Assembly (NCBI GenBank): GCA_043800705.1
Contig: JAZDMS010000018.1
Span: forward strand, 5,564 to 69,563
Length of the DNA: 64,000 bases
Source: Candidatus Altiarchaeota archaeon
GTDB lineage: Archaea > Altiarchaeota > Altiarchaeia > IMC4 > SCGC-AAA252-I15
Direction: 5' to 3'
The notes under the pieces are model-generated. The model saw only the letters and a program-made list of their open reading frames with translations, was not told the origin of the DNA and searched no databases. The position numbers were made by a program, and so were the translations under genes. Below, one piece after another: positions 25,538 through 39,694 of this stretch; the stretch's first letter is position 1, and every line of letters starts with the position of its first letter.

Positions 25538-26572
25538 ATGGATCACATGAAGCACATGAAGGAGTGGGTGAAGTACCTTGCGCCCTATAGCCCGGGCAAG
25601 ACAGTGGATGGGACCATCAAGCTGTCGAGCAACGAGAACAACTACGGACCGAGCCCGAATGTCATAGCCGGCCTGAAGAAATCCGCCCACAAGGTATTCA
25701 TGTATCCCTACAAGGACGAGGAAGTGAAGGCCGCACTCGCAAAATACTGCGGCGCGAAGCCCGGGAACATCGTCCTCGGCAACGGCTCCGACGAACTGAT
25801 CGAGCTGATCGTGAAGGTGTTCCACGGACCGATAGGAAGCCACTACCCGACGTTCGCAGAGTATCCGACGTATGCTAAGATGCACGACATACCCTACGTC
25901 AGCTCCAACTTAGGGGCTGGGTTCGCATTCGAGGCGGGCAGGTTCCTGCGGGAGACGAAGGATGCAAGGATACTATTCCTGTGCACCCCCAACAACCCGA
26001 CAGGCACCATCATCTCCCGCTACGACGTCGAGAAGGTCGCGGCGACCGGCAAAATAGTCGTCGTCGACGAGGCATACGCAGAATTCTGGGGGGTCACGTA
26101 CGCGGATCTGCCGTCGAAATGCCCCAACGTCATAGTCCTGAAGACCCTCGCGAAGGCGTTCGGCCTAGCCGGGTTGCGCATCGGATACGCGATCGCGGCA
26201 CCCGACGTCGCGGACGCCCTCGCCAGGGTCAAGGCCCCATTCAACGTCAACTACGTCGCCCACGAGGCCGCGCTCCTGGCATTGAAGGACCTCCCATACA
26301 TGAGAAGGACGGTGAAGAAGCTAGTCAAGGACAGGGAGGTCGTCGCCAAGAGCATCGCAAAGAGATTCAAGGTCATACCCTCCGAGACGAACTTCCTTCT
26401 CGTTGACGTGTCGCCGATGAGCCCCGGAGAGTTCTTCGACAGGATGCTGAAGGAGAAGATAGTCGTGAGGCCGCAGCCGCGGTTCGAAGGCTTCCCCGGA
26501 AACTGGGTGAGGATAACGATAGGGACGTCGGCGCAGAACAGGAAGCTGATGAAGGCGGTCGACAGGATTTAG
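25538..26572 (+). CDS. hisC: Histidinol-phosphate aminotransferase
   Basis: KLSSNENNYGPSP, CTPNNPTG and the lysine context TLAKAFGLAGLRIGY. Confidence 0.9.
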   Translation: MDHMKHMKEWVKYLAPYSPGKTVDGTIKLSSNENNYGPSPNVIAGLKKSAHKVFMYPYKDEEVKAALAKYCGAKPGNIVLGNGSDELIELIVKVFHGPIGSHYPTFAEYPTYAKMHDIPYVSSNLGAGFAFEAGRFLRETKDARILFLCTPNNPTGTIISRYDVEKVAATGKIVVVDEAYAEFWGVTYADLPSKCPNVIVLKTLAKAFGLAGLRIGYAIAAPDVADALARVKAPFNVNYVAHEAALLALKDLPYMRRTVKKLVKDREVVAKSIAKRFKVIPSETNFLLVDVSPMSPGEFFDRMLKEKIVVRPQPRFEGFPGNWVRITIGTSAQNRKLMKAVDRI

Positions 26573-27438
26573 TGGCCTGTCTGCCATCCCCTGCTTCTTT
26601 CAAACGGTCTCATCTGCGGATGTATCCCAAATCTGGATACCGGCACGTTCTCCTTTTCCGCCTCCACTTCCAGTCGCACCATAGCCACGTGGACTTTTCC
26701 GTCTTTTCTGAGGGGGTGCAATCTGACGTATTCCTTCGCCACTTCGTCTATGAACTCCTCCCTCAGGCCTTCCGGGACGCTCTCCGTGTAAGGCAGCCAC
26801 GTAGAGCGTATCCAGCCTTTGAATCCCTCAGGCCATACCTGAGTCATATCCCTCTCGATGAGTTCGATCCGTCTGGGTGCAAGGCCCGCCTCCTTCATCC
26901 ACGGCTCATACTCTTTCGGGCTCCAGAATCCGAACGGAGACTCGTATCCAGTGAAATAGTCGCGCCACTTCTCCGACTCCGCAAACGCGTCCATGACCCT
27001 GAAGGTATCGGCAGCATTCCCCTTCCCCCCCATCTGGATGAGAATCCTCCCGCCTGGTCTGAGGCTGGCGGCGACCTTTTTTAGCATCCTCCTGTGGTCT
27101 TTTATCCAATGTAAGGTCGCATTCGAGAACACGACATCGAACTCGCCTCTGTAGCCCATCTTCAGGACATCCATCACCTCAAAGCTGAGGTTCGGGAATC
27201 TGGCTGGAGGATATTCCCTTTTAGCGTGTCCTATCATGTCTTCGCTGGAGTCGATGCCGAGGGCAGTGCCCCTCGGCAGTCTGGCTGCGATTTCTGACGT
27301 GTTTTTCCCGTCGCCGCAGCCGACGTCAAGGACCCTCTCGTCTCCCTTGAGCCCAAGCTTGTCGATGAGCTCGGTTGCGAGGCCTCTCTGGAAGGAGGCA
27401 TTCTTGTCGTATCCGCGGGCGTCCCACTTGTACCTCAT
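26569..27438 (-). CDS. Class I SAM-dependent methyltransferase (Tam-like)
   Basis: VLDVGCGDGKNT motif I. I prefer ATG 27438 (MRYKWDARGYDKN...), because the upstream 31 codons of the ORF-track model look non-coding. Confidence 0.7.
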   Translation of the reverse strand: MRYKWDARGYDKNASFQRGLATELIDKLGLKGDERVLDVGCGDGKNTSEIAARLPRGTALGIDSSEDMIGHAKREYPPARFPNLSFEVMDVLKMGYRGEFDVVFSNATLHWIKDHRRMLKKVAASLRPGGRILIQMGGKGNAADTFRVMDAFAESEKWRDYFTGYESPFGFWSPKEYEPWMKEAGLAPRRIELIERDMTQVWPEGFKGWIRSTWLPYTESVPEGLREEFIDEVAKEYVRLHPLRKDGKVHVAMVRLEVEAEKENVPVSRFGIHPQMRPFERSRGWQTGH

Positions 27439-27515
27439 AAATCTATAACATTGGAAAGCTCGTTTTTTAACCCTGAATAGACAATAATAATCCCCAATTC
27501 GGTGGTGTAATACAT

Positions 27516-28274
27516 ATGATAGGCAAGGCAATTCGGATGGAGCGCATCATGGACCGCAAGAGCGGGAACATGGTGATAGTCCCGTTGGACCATGGAGTGA
27601 CCGTTGGGCCCATACAGGGCCTTGAAAACCTCGTCGAGACAGTGAACGACGTGGCCAAGGGCGGCGCCAACGCCGTCCTCATGCACAAGGGCATGGTGGG
27701 GAAGGGTCACCGCGGCTATGGCGGAGACATCGGCCTCATCATCCACCTCAACGCGGGAAGTTCCGTGGCGCCGGACCCGAACAACAAGATAGTCGTGACG
27801 ACTGTGAAGGAGGCGGTCCGCATCGGAGCCGACGCGGTCTCGATACACGTCAACGTCGGCGCGGACAAGGAGCACCAGATGCTCCGCGACCTCGGCATGG
27901 CCGCAGAGGAATGCGCGGACTTCGGCATACCCCTCTTGGCGATGATGTACCCGAGGGGCCCGGACATAAAGAACCCGCACGACGTAAAGTACGTAAAACA
28001 CGTGGCGAGGCTCGGCGCAGAGCTCGGCGCGGACATAGTCAAGACACTCTACACCGGCGACAAGAAGACCTTCAAGGAGGTCGTCGAAGGCTGCCCAGTA
28101 CCGATAGTGATTGCGGGCGGCCCGAAGATGGACAGCGAGGCCGAGCTTCTGAAGATGGTGGAGGACGCCATCGACTGCGGCGCGAAGGGGATCTCGATCG
28201 GCAGAAACATCTTCCAGGCAAAGGACAGGGTCGAATTGACGAGGAAACTCTGCAGAATCGTCCATCGCAGATGA
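27516..28274 (+). CDS. aroA': 2-amino-3,7-dideoxy-D-threo-hept-6-ulosonate (ADH) synthase, archaeal shikimate-pathway entry enzyme
   Basis: Collinear with the remembered MJ0400 sequence: [89 protein letters not shown]. Confidence 0.88.
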   Translation: MIGKAIRMERIMDRKSGNMVIVPLDHGVTVGPIQGLENLVETVNDVAKGGANAVLMHKGMVGKGHRGYGGDIGLIIHLNAGSSVAPDPNNKIVVTTVKEAVRIGADAVSIHVNVGADKEHQMLRDLGMAAEECADFGIPLLAMMYPRGPDIKNPHDVKYVKHVARLGAELGADIVKTLYTGDKKTFKEVVEGCPVPIVIAGGPKMDSEAELLKMVEDAIDCGAKGISIGRNIFQAKDRVELTRKLCRIVHRR

Positions 28275-28278
28275 TAAA

Positions 28279-29196
28279 ATGGCATACAACCTAGGCAGGA
28301 ACTCGAAGACGAAGGGCGTCATGCGGACCGGGCCGAAGAACCAGCAGACCCGCGTCTCCGAACGCGACGGCGAGCTCATGAAGGTGGCTTCGAAGAAGGT
28401 CATATCGACGCATCCGTCCAACACAATAAAGAACGCAGCCTCGATGATGCGCGACGACGATGTGAGGCGGCTTCCCGTGATACATGCCGGGACCGGCAAG
28501 CTAGAGGGCCTGCTCACCGCAGTCGACATACTGGACTTCATGGGCGGGGGTCCGAAGTACAACATAATCGAGTCCGACTACAGAGGCAACTTCCTCGCGG
28601 CCGTCAACTGCCATGTCCAGAAGATCATGCGGGAGGCGCAGTACCTGCCCAAGAGCGCATCGGTCGACGATGCCATCCGGCTGATGCTCGAAAAACGCTC
28701 AAGCTGCATCCCCGTGGTTGCCAGCGAGAAGGAGCTCACCGTCGTCGGGCTCGTGACGGAACGCGACGTCCTGCCGATGATTGACCCGGACGGGATGGGT
28801 GTCAAGGTCGGGGACATCATGAAGCGGGACCTGATCACCGCGTCCCCGGGGATGATGATATCCGACGTCAGCAAGGTGATGGTCCGAAACCAGCTGCGAA
28901 GGCTGCCTGTCATACTTGAGGACAAGCTCGTCGGCGTCGTCACATCCCTCGACGTCCTCGGATACCTCCATGACGGACACTTCAAGGGAGCCGACGCCGA
29001 AATCAACCTGTCCACACGCGTGCAGGAGATCATGCAGGAGACCGTCACCACGGTGGGTCCGGAAGACGACGTCAACGAGGTGATCAGGCTCGTGAAGGAG
29101 ACCGGCTTCGGCGGGTTCCCGGTCTCGACGGACGGCAGACTCGCGGGGATAATCACGATATCCGACATATTCCACTGGATATACGAGAACGGGTGA
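28279..29196 (+). CDS. CBS-domain protein (four CBS motifs)
   Basis: Repeated ...RRLPV(I)...G(L/V)(L/V)T..D(I/V)L... units. ATG 28279 lies 4 nt after the aroA' stop; ATG 28378 is an alternative start. Confidence 0.7.
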   Translation: MAYNLGRNSKTKGVMRTGPKNQQTRVSERDGELMKVASKKVISTHPSNTIKNAASMMRDDDVRRLPVIHAGTGKLEGLLTAVDILDFMGGGPKYNIIESDYRGNFLAAVNCHVQKIMREAQYLPKSASVDDAIRLMLEKRSSCIPVVASEKELTVVGLVTERDVLPMIDPDGMGVKVGDIMKRDLITASPGMMISDVSKVMVRNQLRRLPVILEDKLVGVVTSLDVLGYLHDGHFKGADAEINLSTRVQEIMQETVTTVGPEDDVNEVIRLVKETGFGGFPVSTDGRLAGIITISDIFHWIYENG

Positions 29197-29544
29197 CTAC
29201 TCCCCCCCTTTCAGGAGCTTCTCCGCCTTTCCTCTGTAGTAACGTATATAGTAGTCGCCGATGTCATTCATCCCGGATTCCTTGAAATCGGCAAGGAGCA
29301 TCCTGACGACCCTCACCCCCCTTGCATTCCTTCCCGCCAGGACGTCCATGATTATCCCCCTGTCAGACAGATCGGAGGCCATGGCATCGAGCAGATTTGC
29401 CACTAATGTCTGGTCAGTCAAGTCCCGGTAGAACCGTATCCTCTTGCACACGAACTGTCTGTCCTTTTCGTCCATCCTTCCATAGGATTCTCGGTCCAAG
29501 CCTTCGGATGCCAGCTCTGTGTCGGTCAGCGCATCATCAGGCAT
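29197..29544 (-). CDS. Small hypothetical protein (115 aa), third gene of the zincin operon
   Basis: ATG 29544 (MPDDALTDTELA...) overlaps the stop of the 91-aa ORF by 8 nt. The longer ORF-track model (to 29757) overlaps the upstream gene out of frame. Confidence 0.5.
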   Translation of the reverse strand: MPDDALTDTELASEGLDRESYGRMDEKDRQFVCKRIRFYRDLTDQTLVANLLDAMASDLSDRGIIMDVLAGRNARGVRVVRMLLADFKESGMNDIGDYYIRYYRGKAEKLLKGGE

Positions 29545-29812
29545 GTTTATCCTCCACTCGGCCGATGTATCCTGAGTCAAAGAGCCCGTACGCTGCCTCG
29601 GCAAGGAACTCCCGCTCATCGGGGCCGACACGTCGAGGTAGGCTTCCCCCCCGTCTCGCATCCACAGGATTCGAAAGCAGCTTGGCCAATGCGGCGTCTT
29701 GGCTTTCCACCACGGTCCCTCTTCCCACCTCATACCAGGCTCTCCCAGCCTCGTCAAATACTATTTTTCCGCAATCTCTCGAAATCCTGTAGAAGATGAA
29801 CCGTTCCATCAA
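29537..29812 (-). CDS. Small hypothetical protein (91 aa), second gene of the zincin operon
   Basis: Its ATG overlaps the zincin stop by 4 nt (29809-29812). No signal peptide or recognisable motif. Confidence 0.5.
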   Translation of the reverse strand: MMERFIFYRISRDCGKIVFDEAGRAWYEVGRGTVVESQDAALAKLLSNPVDARRGGSLPRRVGPDEREFLAEAAYGLFDSGYIGRVEDKHA

Positions 29813-31686
29813 TAATCCTCCTCCTTCGGCCTCTTCGCCCCATTTTCCTCAGGTTTTCCGCCGAGGCCGAGCTCCTTCAGCTTCTTTGTGATGTAATCGT
29901 ATCCAGACCTCTCTGCGTTCATTTTGCCCCCGTCATAGACGTATGTCTGCCCGGTCTTCAGGTCCTTGAAGACGTTGTCCATCATCCACCCGACCTTCTT
30001 CATGAGCTTCTTGTCGTCGCTCTCCTTGTATTGGAAAACCGCCTTCTCTATCAGCTTCTTCGTGTCGCCTGTGTACTCCTCATAGAGCGTGGCGAAGTCC
30101 TCCATGGGGTTTGTCCTCCCATATTCCATCGCAACGGTCGAAAGCGGCGGCTTCAGCCAATACTCCGAAGGCATCCGCATGATCATTCCAGTATGGGAAT
30201 TGGGTATGTCGAACGCCTCCCCGTCCTTCTCCTTCCTGTATTTCCAGCCGCCGAGCCTGCTAAACTCTGCGAATTTCTCCTCAGCCAGGATCTTGTGGTG
30301 GACTCCGTGGCCGAGCTCATGGTGCAGATGCGCCTTCCCCCCCTCGTACATGTTGCGTATGCCTGTCAGCCCAAGGTCGTAGCTCGCCACCCTCCTGGAT
30401 TCTTTTTCCTTGTTGATGTCGGAAGGCCTTGTCGTGTCCTGTACGATCCCGCCCCTCAGGAAATCCGTCTCCAATATGTGCGGCGGCGTATTCTCCAAGA
30501 CATTCTCCACTACTCCGACATATTCCGGGCTCATCGACGCAGCACCATCGGTCACAACCACGTTGTATTTCCTCAGAATATCAAGCCGTTTTTCACCCCC
30601 CGGCATCTTCTTGAGGGCGGATTCGATCCCCCTATCGAAGGCATTCTCAGCGGCCGTGATGCTTTCTGCGAGCGTTCTGTCATCCACCCCCCTCACCGGT
30701 ATCGCCCTCATGTATCGCTCCCTGGCGGTCGCGTCCTCGGTGTATCTGAAGAGCGTTTCCTCGGCCTTGAATTTCAATGCCTTATCCCCATCGTTCCCAG
30801 GACTGAACTTTTCAAGAAGGTCCCTGGCTTGGGCAATCCTATCGAAGTTGGCCTTGACTTCGCCCATAATGATCCTCCCCGTCTCTTCCGCGTTTTCCGG
30901 AGGCTTAGGTGCTAGGCCCATTTTCCTATAATGCTCAAAGGCGCTTTTATCCATGGCTTTGCCCTCGATATCCGGGAACCGGGCGAATCTTTCCACTGCA
31001 TCCCTCGCTTCAACTTCGGACGGCGAATCCCCGACTTTCGGGATCTCGGGCCTGCTTACCCTGGCCCAGTGATTCATTTCCCAAGGGGGGATGCTATCCG
31101 GGAAATCTTTGGAGTTGCCTGCGTTCGCAAGAGACCACCGGCGGTAATTCTCATATGCCTGAGATTTGGCTTTTTCGGGGTTCGACCTGTCGATCCACCA
31201 CTTCCTCTCCCCTTCGCACAGAAGCCCCCAAACTTTGGCGTCGCTGCCTGCGGCGATTTCGAAATTCCCCCCGCCCATCGCATGAGAAACCTTTTCAAGG
31301 CTCTCCCTCGTCGGTGCGGTTGCGGCAACCTGCCCCGCATTGGCTGCGTGGGCGGCTTGATCCGCCGCGGCCTGCGTGCCAAGGCCCCTCATAACGGCTC
31401 CTCCTGCGGCGGCCGCGGCAATGCGCAGGAAGCCCCGCCGGCTCATTCCCCCCGCAACATCCTTTACGCCTTTCCTGACGGCCCCCTCTTCCGCGCATAT
31501 ATCCTTCGCAAGCCTCTTTGTGGCTTGCGCACATTCTTCCAGCGCCCTGCTTCTTGCATCGTCTGTGGAAAGTGTCGGCCTCTCTGCCTGCGGTTGGCCG
31601 CCGGCCTTGATGCCGACCGCATCCAAAGGCGGCCTTTGGATATTGGCCTGGGCATTCGTCCCATGTGTCTGAGCCTCGACCGTCAT
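29809..31686 (-). CDS. Secreted (Tat-signal) HExxH zinc metallopeptidase-like protein
   Basis: Twin-arginine signal MSRRGFLRIAAAAAGGAV starts at the Met encoded at 31446, which is probably the real start. HELGH is at plus coordinates 30307-30321, and NPMEDFA lies about 70 residues downstream (a gluzincin-type third ligand, as in MtfA/ATLF-like zincins). Confidence 0.65.
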   Translation of the reverse strand: MTVEAQTHGTNAQANIQRPPLDAVGIKAGGQPQAERPTLSTDDARSRALEECAQATKRLAKDICAEEGAVRKGVKDVAGGMSRRGFLRIAAAAAGGAVMRGLGTQAAADQAAHAANAGQVAATAPTRESLEKVSHAMGGGNFEIAAGSDAKVWGLLCEGERKWWIDRSNPEKAKSQAYENYRRWSLANAGNSKDFPDSIPPWEMNHWARVSRPEIPKVGDSPSEVEARDAVERFARFPDIEGKAMDKSAFEHYRKMGLAPKPPENAEETGRIIMGEVKANFDRIAQARDLLEKFSPGNDGDKALKFKAEETLFRYTEDATARERYMRAIPVRGVDDRTLAESITAAENAFDRGIESALKKMPGGEKRLDILRKYNVVVTDGAASMSPEYVGVVENVLENTPPHILETDFLRGGIVQDTTRPSDINKEKESRRVASYDLGLTGIRNMYEGGKAHLHHELGHGVHHKILAEEKFAEFSRLGGWKYRKEKDGEAFDIPNSHTGMIMRMPSEYWLKPPLSTVAMEYGRTNPMEDFATLYEEYTGDTKKLIEKAVFQYKESDDKKLMKKVGWMMDNVFKDLKTGQTYVYDGGKMNAERSGYDYITKKLKELGLGGKPEENGAKRPKEEDY

Positions 31687-31781
31687 GGTTATTATCGGGA
31701 GTTCCAGTCAAATAAATGGTTGCCAATAACGGCGGGGGAGTTTATGAAAGCCCTTTATGGGGGTTTCGATGAATCCTTTCA

Positions 31782-31789
31782 TTTATAAA
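31782..31789 (+). promoter_or_regulatory. Candidate TATA box (tttataaa) upstream of the RNA polymerase operon
   Basis: The only strong TATA-like element in the 31687-31862 spacer. The Shine-Dalgarno GGAGGTG at 31852-31858 precedes GTG 31863. Confidence 0.4.
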
Positions 31790-31862
31790 TGGCGGTTGCA
31801 TATAGGTAAGACATATTTTCTCATTCTGTTCCAGGGATATTGTAATCCTCTGGAGGTGTGAC

Positions 31863-32084
31863 GTGATTGAGCACAACTTGGTACCAAAACACGAACTAAT
31901 GAGCCCCGAAGAGGGGCAGATGATCCTGGAGAAATACAAGGTAACGCGCGAGCAGATGCCGATGATACTCACGACCGACACGGCGATCACGCACCTTGAG
32001 GCGAAGGTCGGAGACATAATCCGGATAACCCGGCGCAGCAAGCTCATCGGTCCTTCAATGTATTACAGGGTGGTTATCGAATGA
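31863..32084 (+). CDS. rpoH: DNA-directed RNA polymerase subunit H (Rpo5)
   Basis: HNLVPKHELMSPEE...ILEKYKV...LP.I...D.A......GDIIRITRRS...G...YYRVV is the canonical RpoH sequence. Confidence 0.95.
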   Translation: MIEHNLVPKHELMSPEEGQMILEKYKVTREQMPMILTTDTAITHLEAKVGDIIRITRRSKLIGPSMYYRVVIE

Positions 32085-33547
32085 ACTCTCAGAAGCAGTC
32101 CAAGATGCCTTCGGTTTCGATTTCGGATTTCGTGACGCGAGACGACCTTTCGAGGTTCCAGCTGGAGTCGTTCAACTGGCTCATCGAGAAGGGCTTGCAG
32201 GAGGTCATCGACGAGAAGGGCACCCTGGACATCGAGATCCCCGACTACAGCCTGGAGCTCGGCAAGATCGCAATCGGAAAGCCCCAGGTCAACGAGTCCG
32301 GCCAGGGCGTCGAGCCCAGGTACCCGTTCGAATGCAGGCTCAGGAACCTCACATACTCGGCGCCGATCAACCTTGAATTCATCGAGAACGGGGAGCCGGT
32401 CGAGGTTGAAGTCGGCCACCTGCCGGTAATGCTTAAATCGAGGCTCTGCCTCCTCAGCGGCCACAGCCAGGATGAGCTGATAAAGGACGGCGAAGACCCC
32501 CTGGACATGGGCGGCTACTTCATAATAAACGGGACCGAGAGGACCCTGATCATCGTCGAAGACCTCGCCCCCAACAGGATAGTCACCACGCGGGAGACGA
32601 TCATGGGCAAGGACGTCGTCATAGCGAAGGTTTTCTCCGTCCGCCAGGGATTCAGATCCAGGGTGACTGTCGAGAAGAGGGAGGTATCCGGAGGGGGCAC
32701 GCTGTTCGTGTCGTTCCCGGGGATACCCAACCGGGTCCCTTTGACGGTCCTCATGACCGCGCTCGGGCTCACAGACGACGACATACTCGGGCTCTTCGAA
32801 AACGAGACCCAGCTCGAGGTGAAGATCAACATGGAGCTGCGGCAGATGAGCCAGGAGGAGGCGTTCGACTACCTCGGCAAGAGGGCGGGCGCAGGCCACG
32901 CGAAGCAGTACCAGGCCACACGCGCGAACCAGGTAATAAACAACTTCCTCCTGCCGCACATCGGCAACACCGAAGCGGACCGCCGCAACAAGGCGATATA
33001 CCTCGGCATCATGGCGAAGAAGGTCCTCGAACTCGACCTTGGTATCAGGGAGGAGGACGACAAGGACCACTACAGCAACAAGAGGCTGCGCCTTTCCGGC
33101 GACCTCATGCAGGAGCTGTTCAGGGTCAGCTTCAACAAGATCGCAAGGGACATAAAATACCAGCTCGAGAAGCAGAACGCGAGGCACAGGATGATCAACG
33201 TAAAGACCGCGGTGCGCTCCAACAACCTGACGGAGAGCATCTGCTACGCATTGGCCACGGGGAACTGGACCGGCGGCAGAAGCGGGGTCAGCCAGGTATT
33301 GGACAGGACCAACTATCTGTCATCGGTCACCCACCAGCGCAGGGTCAGCTCGCTCCTTTCAAGGAGCCACCCGCACTTCGAGGCCCGTGACCTGCACGCA
33401 ACGCAGTTCGGCAGGGTCTGCCCGAACGAGACCCCGGAGGGGCAGAACTGCGGCCTGGTGAAGAACCTAGCAGTCGGCGCGGTGATCTCAGCTGAAGTCG
33501 ACGAGTCGCCGATCGAGAAGTACCTGCGCGAATTCGGAGTCAAATAA
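32081..33547 (+). CDS. rpoB2: DNA-directed RNA polymerase subunit B'' (N-terminal half of split Rpo2)
   Basis: 488 aa with [31 protein letters not shown] and [35 protein letters not shown]. Confidence 0.95.
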   Translation: MNSQKQSKMPSVSISDFVTRDDLSRFQLESFNWLIEKGLQEVIDEKGTLDIEIPDYSLELGKIAIGKPQVNESGQGVEPRYPFECRLRNLTYSAPINLEFIENGEPVEVEVGHLPVMLKSRLCLLSGHSQDELIKDGEDPLDMGGYFIINGTERTLIIVEDLAPNRIVTTRETIMGKDVVIAKVFSVRQGFRSRVTVEKREVSGGGTLFVSFPGIPNRVPLTVLMTALGLTDDDILGLFENETQLEVKINMELRQMSQEEAFDYLGKRAGAGHAKQYQATRANQVINNFLLPHIGNTEADRRNKAIYLGIMAKKVLELDLGIREEDDKDHYSNKRLRLSGDLMQELFRVSFNKIARDIKYQLEKQNARHRMINVKTAVRSNNLTESICYALATGNWTGGRSGVSQVLDRTNYLSSVTHQRRVSSLLSRSHPHFEARDLHATQFGRVCPNETPEGQNCGLVKNLAVGAVISAEVDESPIEKYLREFGVK

Positions 33548-33548
33548 A

Positions 33549-35353
33549 ATGGCAACGGTAGTCTACCTAAACGGACGATTGGTCGGGGAGCACAAGAACC
33601 CCGAACAGCTTGTGGGAAAGCTGAGGGCCCTGCGCAGAGAGAACAAGATCGACTTCAGCATATCCATAAGCTTCCACGAGGAGAACAACGAGGTCCAGAT
33701 CTACACCGACAAGGGAAGGACGCTGAGGCCGCTCGTCATACTCGAGGACACTAAGCCCAAGTTCACGGCAAAGCACCTGAAGGACCTGCGCGAAGGCACA
33801 GTCACCTGGAAGCAGCTCATGAGCGGGAGCATCGTCGAATACATAGACGCCGAAGAGGAGGAGAACGCATACGTCGCGATAAGGGAATACAAGATAACGC
33901 ATGAACACACGCACCTGGAACTCACGCCGTCATTGATGCTCGGCATAAGCGCATGCTTCGCACCCTGGCCGGAGCACAACTCCTCGCCGAGGGTCACCAT
34001 GGCTGCGGCCATGGCGAAGCAGACGCTGGGCATGTACGCGTCCAACTATTTCTCGAGGTTCGACAGCAGGGCGAACGTGTTGCACTATCCGCAGCAGCCG
34101 ATGGTCAAGACCGATGTCTGTGACATATTGGACTACGAGAAGAGGCCTGCCGGGCAGAACTTCGTCGTCGCCATCATGAGCTTTGAAGGCTACAACATGG
34201 AGGACGCGGTCATACTCAACAAAGGATCCGTCGAGAGGGGTCTGGGACGTTCTACGTTCTACAGGACCTACACCGCCGAGGAGCGCCGATACCCGAGCGG
34301 GCAGCGCGACACCTTCGAGATACCCCAGATGGAGGTCGAGGGGGCGCAGGCGGAGGACACATACACCAAACTGGGCCCTGAAGGGCTCATCATCCCCGAA
34401 GCCGACGTCGGCTCAGGGGAGGTGCTGATCGGCAGGACTTCGCCGCCGAGGTTCCTTGAGGAGATCGGACCGTACGGAATCGTCGAGGAGAAGAGGCGCG
34501 AGACATCGACGACCGTCAGGCACATGGAGTCCGGCGTAGTCGACTGCGTCGTACTTACCGAGACCGTCGAGCGCAACAGGCTCGCCAAGGTCAGGGTACG
34601 GAGCATCAGGATCCCCGAACTAGGCGACAAATTCGCATCCAGGCACGGACAGAAGGGGGTCTGCGGACTCATCGTCCCGCAGGAGGACATGCCCTTCACG
34701 AAGGACGGCATAATCCCTGACCTAATAATCAACCCGCACGCGATCCCGTCAAGGATGACAGTCGGGCACGTCTTGGAGATGATCGGCGGCAAGGTCGGAT
34801 CACTCGAAGGCCGTCTCATCAACGGGACCGCATTCTCCAACGAGGAGGAAGACGGCCTAAGAGGCGCCCTCAAGATGCAAGGATTCGATGCGTCCGGGAA
34901 GGAGGTCATGTATAACGGGACCACGGGCGAGAGGTTCATCGCAGAGATATTCATCGGGGTCGTCTTCTACCAGAAGCTGCACCACATGGTCGCCAACAAG
35001 GTCCACGCAAGGTCGAGGGGCCCCGTGCAGATGCTTACCCGGCAGCCTACCGAAGGCCGCGCCAGGGAGGGCGGACTCAGGTTCGGTGAGATGGAGCGCG
35101 ACTGCCTCATTGGCCACGGCGCGGCCATGATGCTCAAGGACCGTCTCTTGGACGAGTCCGACAAGGTCGTCGTGCCCATCTGCTCGAAGTGCGGCATGGT
35201 CGCGGTCAACGACGTGGAGCGCAGGCAGATATACTGCCCGCTGTGCGGCGAGGTCCCGACGTACCCCGTCGAGATGGCTTACGCCTTCAAACTACTATTG
35301 AACGAGCTCATGGGCATGTGCGTGATCCCGAAGCTCAAACTGAGTGATAAAGC

Positions 35354-35357
<4 letters not shown>
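33549..35357 (+). CDS. rpoB1: DNA-directed RNA polymerase subunit B' (C-terminal half of split Rpo2)
   Basis: 602 aa with [55 protein letters not shown] and a C-terminal zinc ribbon CSKCG...CPLCG. Confidence 0.95.
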
Positions 35358-38967
<3,610 letters not shown>

Positions 38968-38969
38968 AG

Positions 38970-39260
38970 GTGGACGTCAAAAAACAGATCAACACGGCGA
39001 TAGAAACGGGAAAAGTGATATTAGGCGCTAACAAGGCGATCGACAGCATACTGTACGCGAAGCCCAAACTCATCCTCCTGGCGGGCAACTGCCCCCGGAG
39101 CCAGAAGGAGACCATAAGCTACTACGCATCGCTCGCAAACGTCAAATGCGCCCAACTGAAGGAAACCAGCACCGAGCTCGGTTCCGCATGCGGCAGGCCG
39201 CACCACCTGTCGGCACTGACAATCCTCGACGAGGGAGACTCGACAATCCTCGGGGTATGA
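38970..39260 (+). CDS. rpl30e: Ribosomal protein eL30
   Basis: GKVILGANKAIDSILYAKPKLILLAGNCP with a GTG start, in the conserved position after rpoA''. Confidence 0.9.
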   Translation: MDVKKQINTAIETGKVILGANKAIDSILYAKPKLILLAGNCPRSQKETISYYASLANVKCAQLKETSTELGSACGRPHHLSALTILDEGDSTILGV

Positions 39261-39694
39261 GAGTGGGACGGATAAGGCTCGACTCAGACGACATCAAGCA
39301 CATCACCCTGTTCGAGTCGATGACGCACGCAAAGGTAAAAGACTACCTCCAGGACGGGCAGACAATGTGCTTCCTCGTCGGGACCGGAGACATGGGCCTT
39401 GCCATCGGGAAGAAAGGCGTCAAGATCGACCGCGTCAGAAGGGCCCTTAACAAGAACCTCATCATAATGGAATACTCGGAAGACCCGGAACAATTCCTGA
39501 AGAACCTCTTCCACCCCGCCACGATCCACGGGATAAACATCGCAAAAACGTCCGGCGGAACGACGGCACAGGTGCAGATAGCCCACGAGGACAGGAGCAA
39601 GGCCATAGGCCCCGGCGGCGTAAAGATCAGGCTCATCAAACAGCTGGCGAAAAGGCACCACGACATCGACGAACTGAGCCTCAGGACGCTCTAA
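39257..39694 (+). CDS. nusA: Transcription termination/antitermination factor NusA (archaeal, two KH domains)
   Basis: ATG 39257 overlaps the eL30 stop (ATGA). Reads MRVGRIRLDSDDIKHITLFESMT...GLAIGKKGVKIDRV...KAIGPGGVKIRLI. Confidence 0.9.
   Translation: MRVGRIRLDSDDIKHITLFESMTHAKVKDYLQDGQTMCFLVGTGDMGLAIGKKGVKIDRVRRALNKNLIIMEYSEDPEQFLKNLFHPATIHGINIAKTSGGTTAQVQIAHEDRSKAIGPGGVKIRLIKQLAKRHHDIDELSLRTL

Noticed and set aside
29537-29757. Idea that the 91-aa and 186-aa minus-strand ORFs are one gene split by a frameshift
   Set aside because: The ATG at 29544 overlapping the upstream stop (ATGCCTGA) is a classic coupling junction, no homopolymer is present, and the upstream part of the 186-aa model has an implausible Trp/Pro-rich sequence.
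31447-31686. 80-residue N-terminal extension of the zincin ORF ahead of the Tat motif
   Set aside because: A Tat signal must be N-terminal. The Met at 31446 directly precedes SRRGFL, and the upstream 80 codons have no features, so they are probably untranslated. The longer coordinates are kept in the feature only because the start is unproven.
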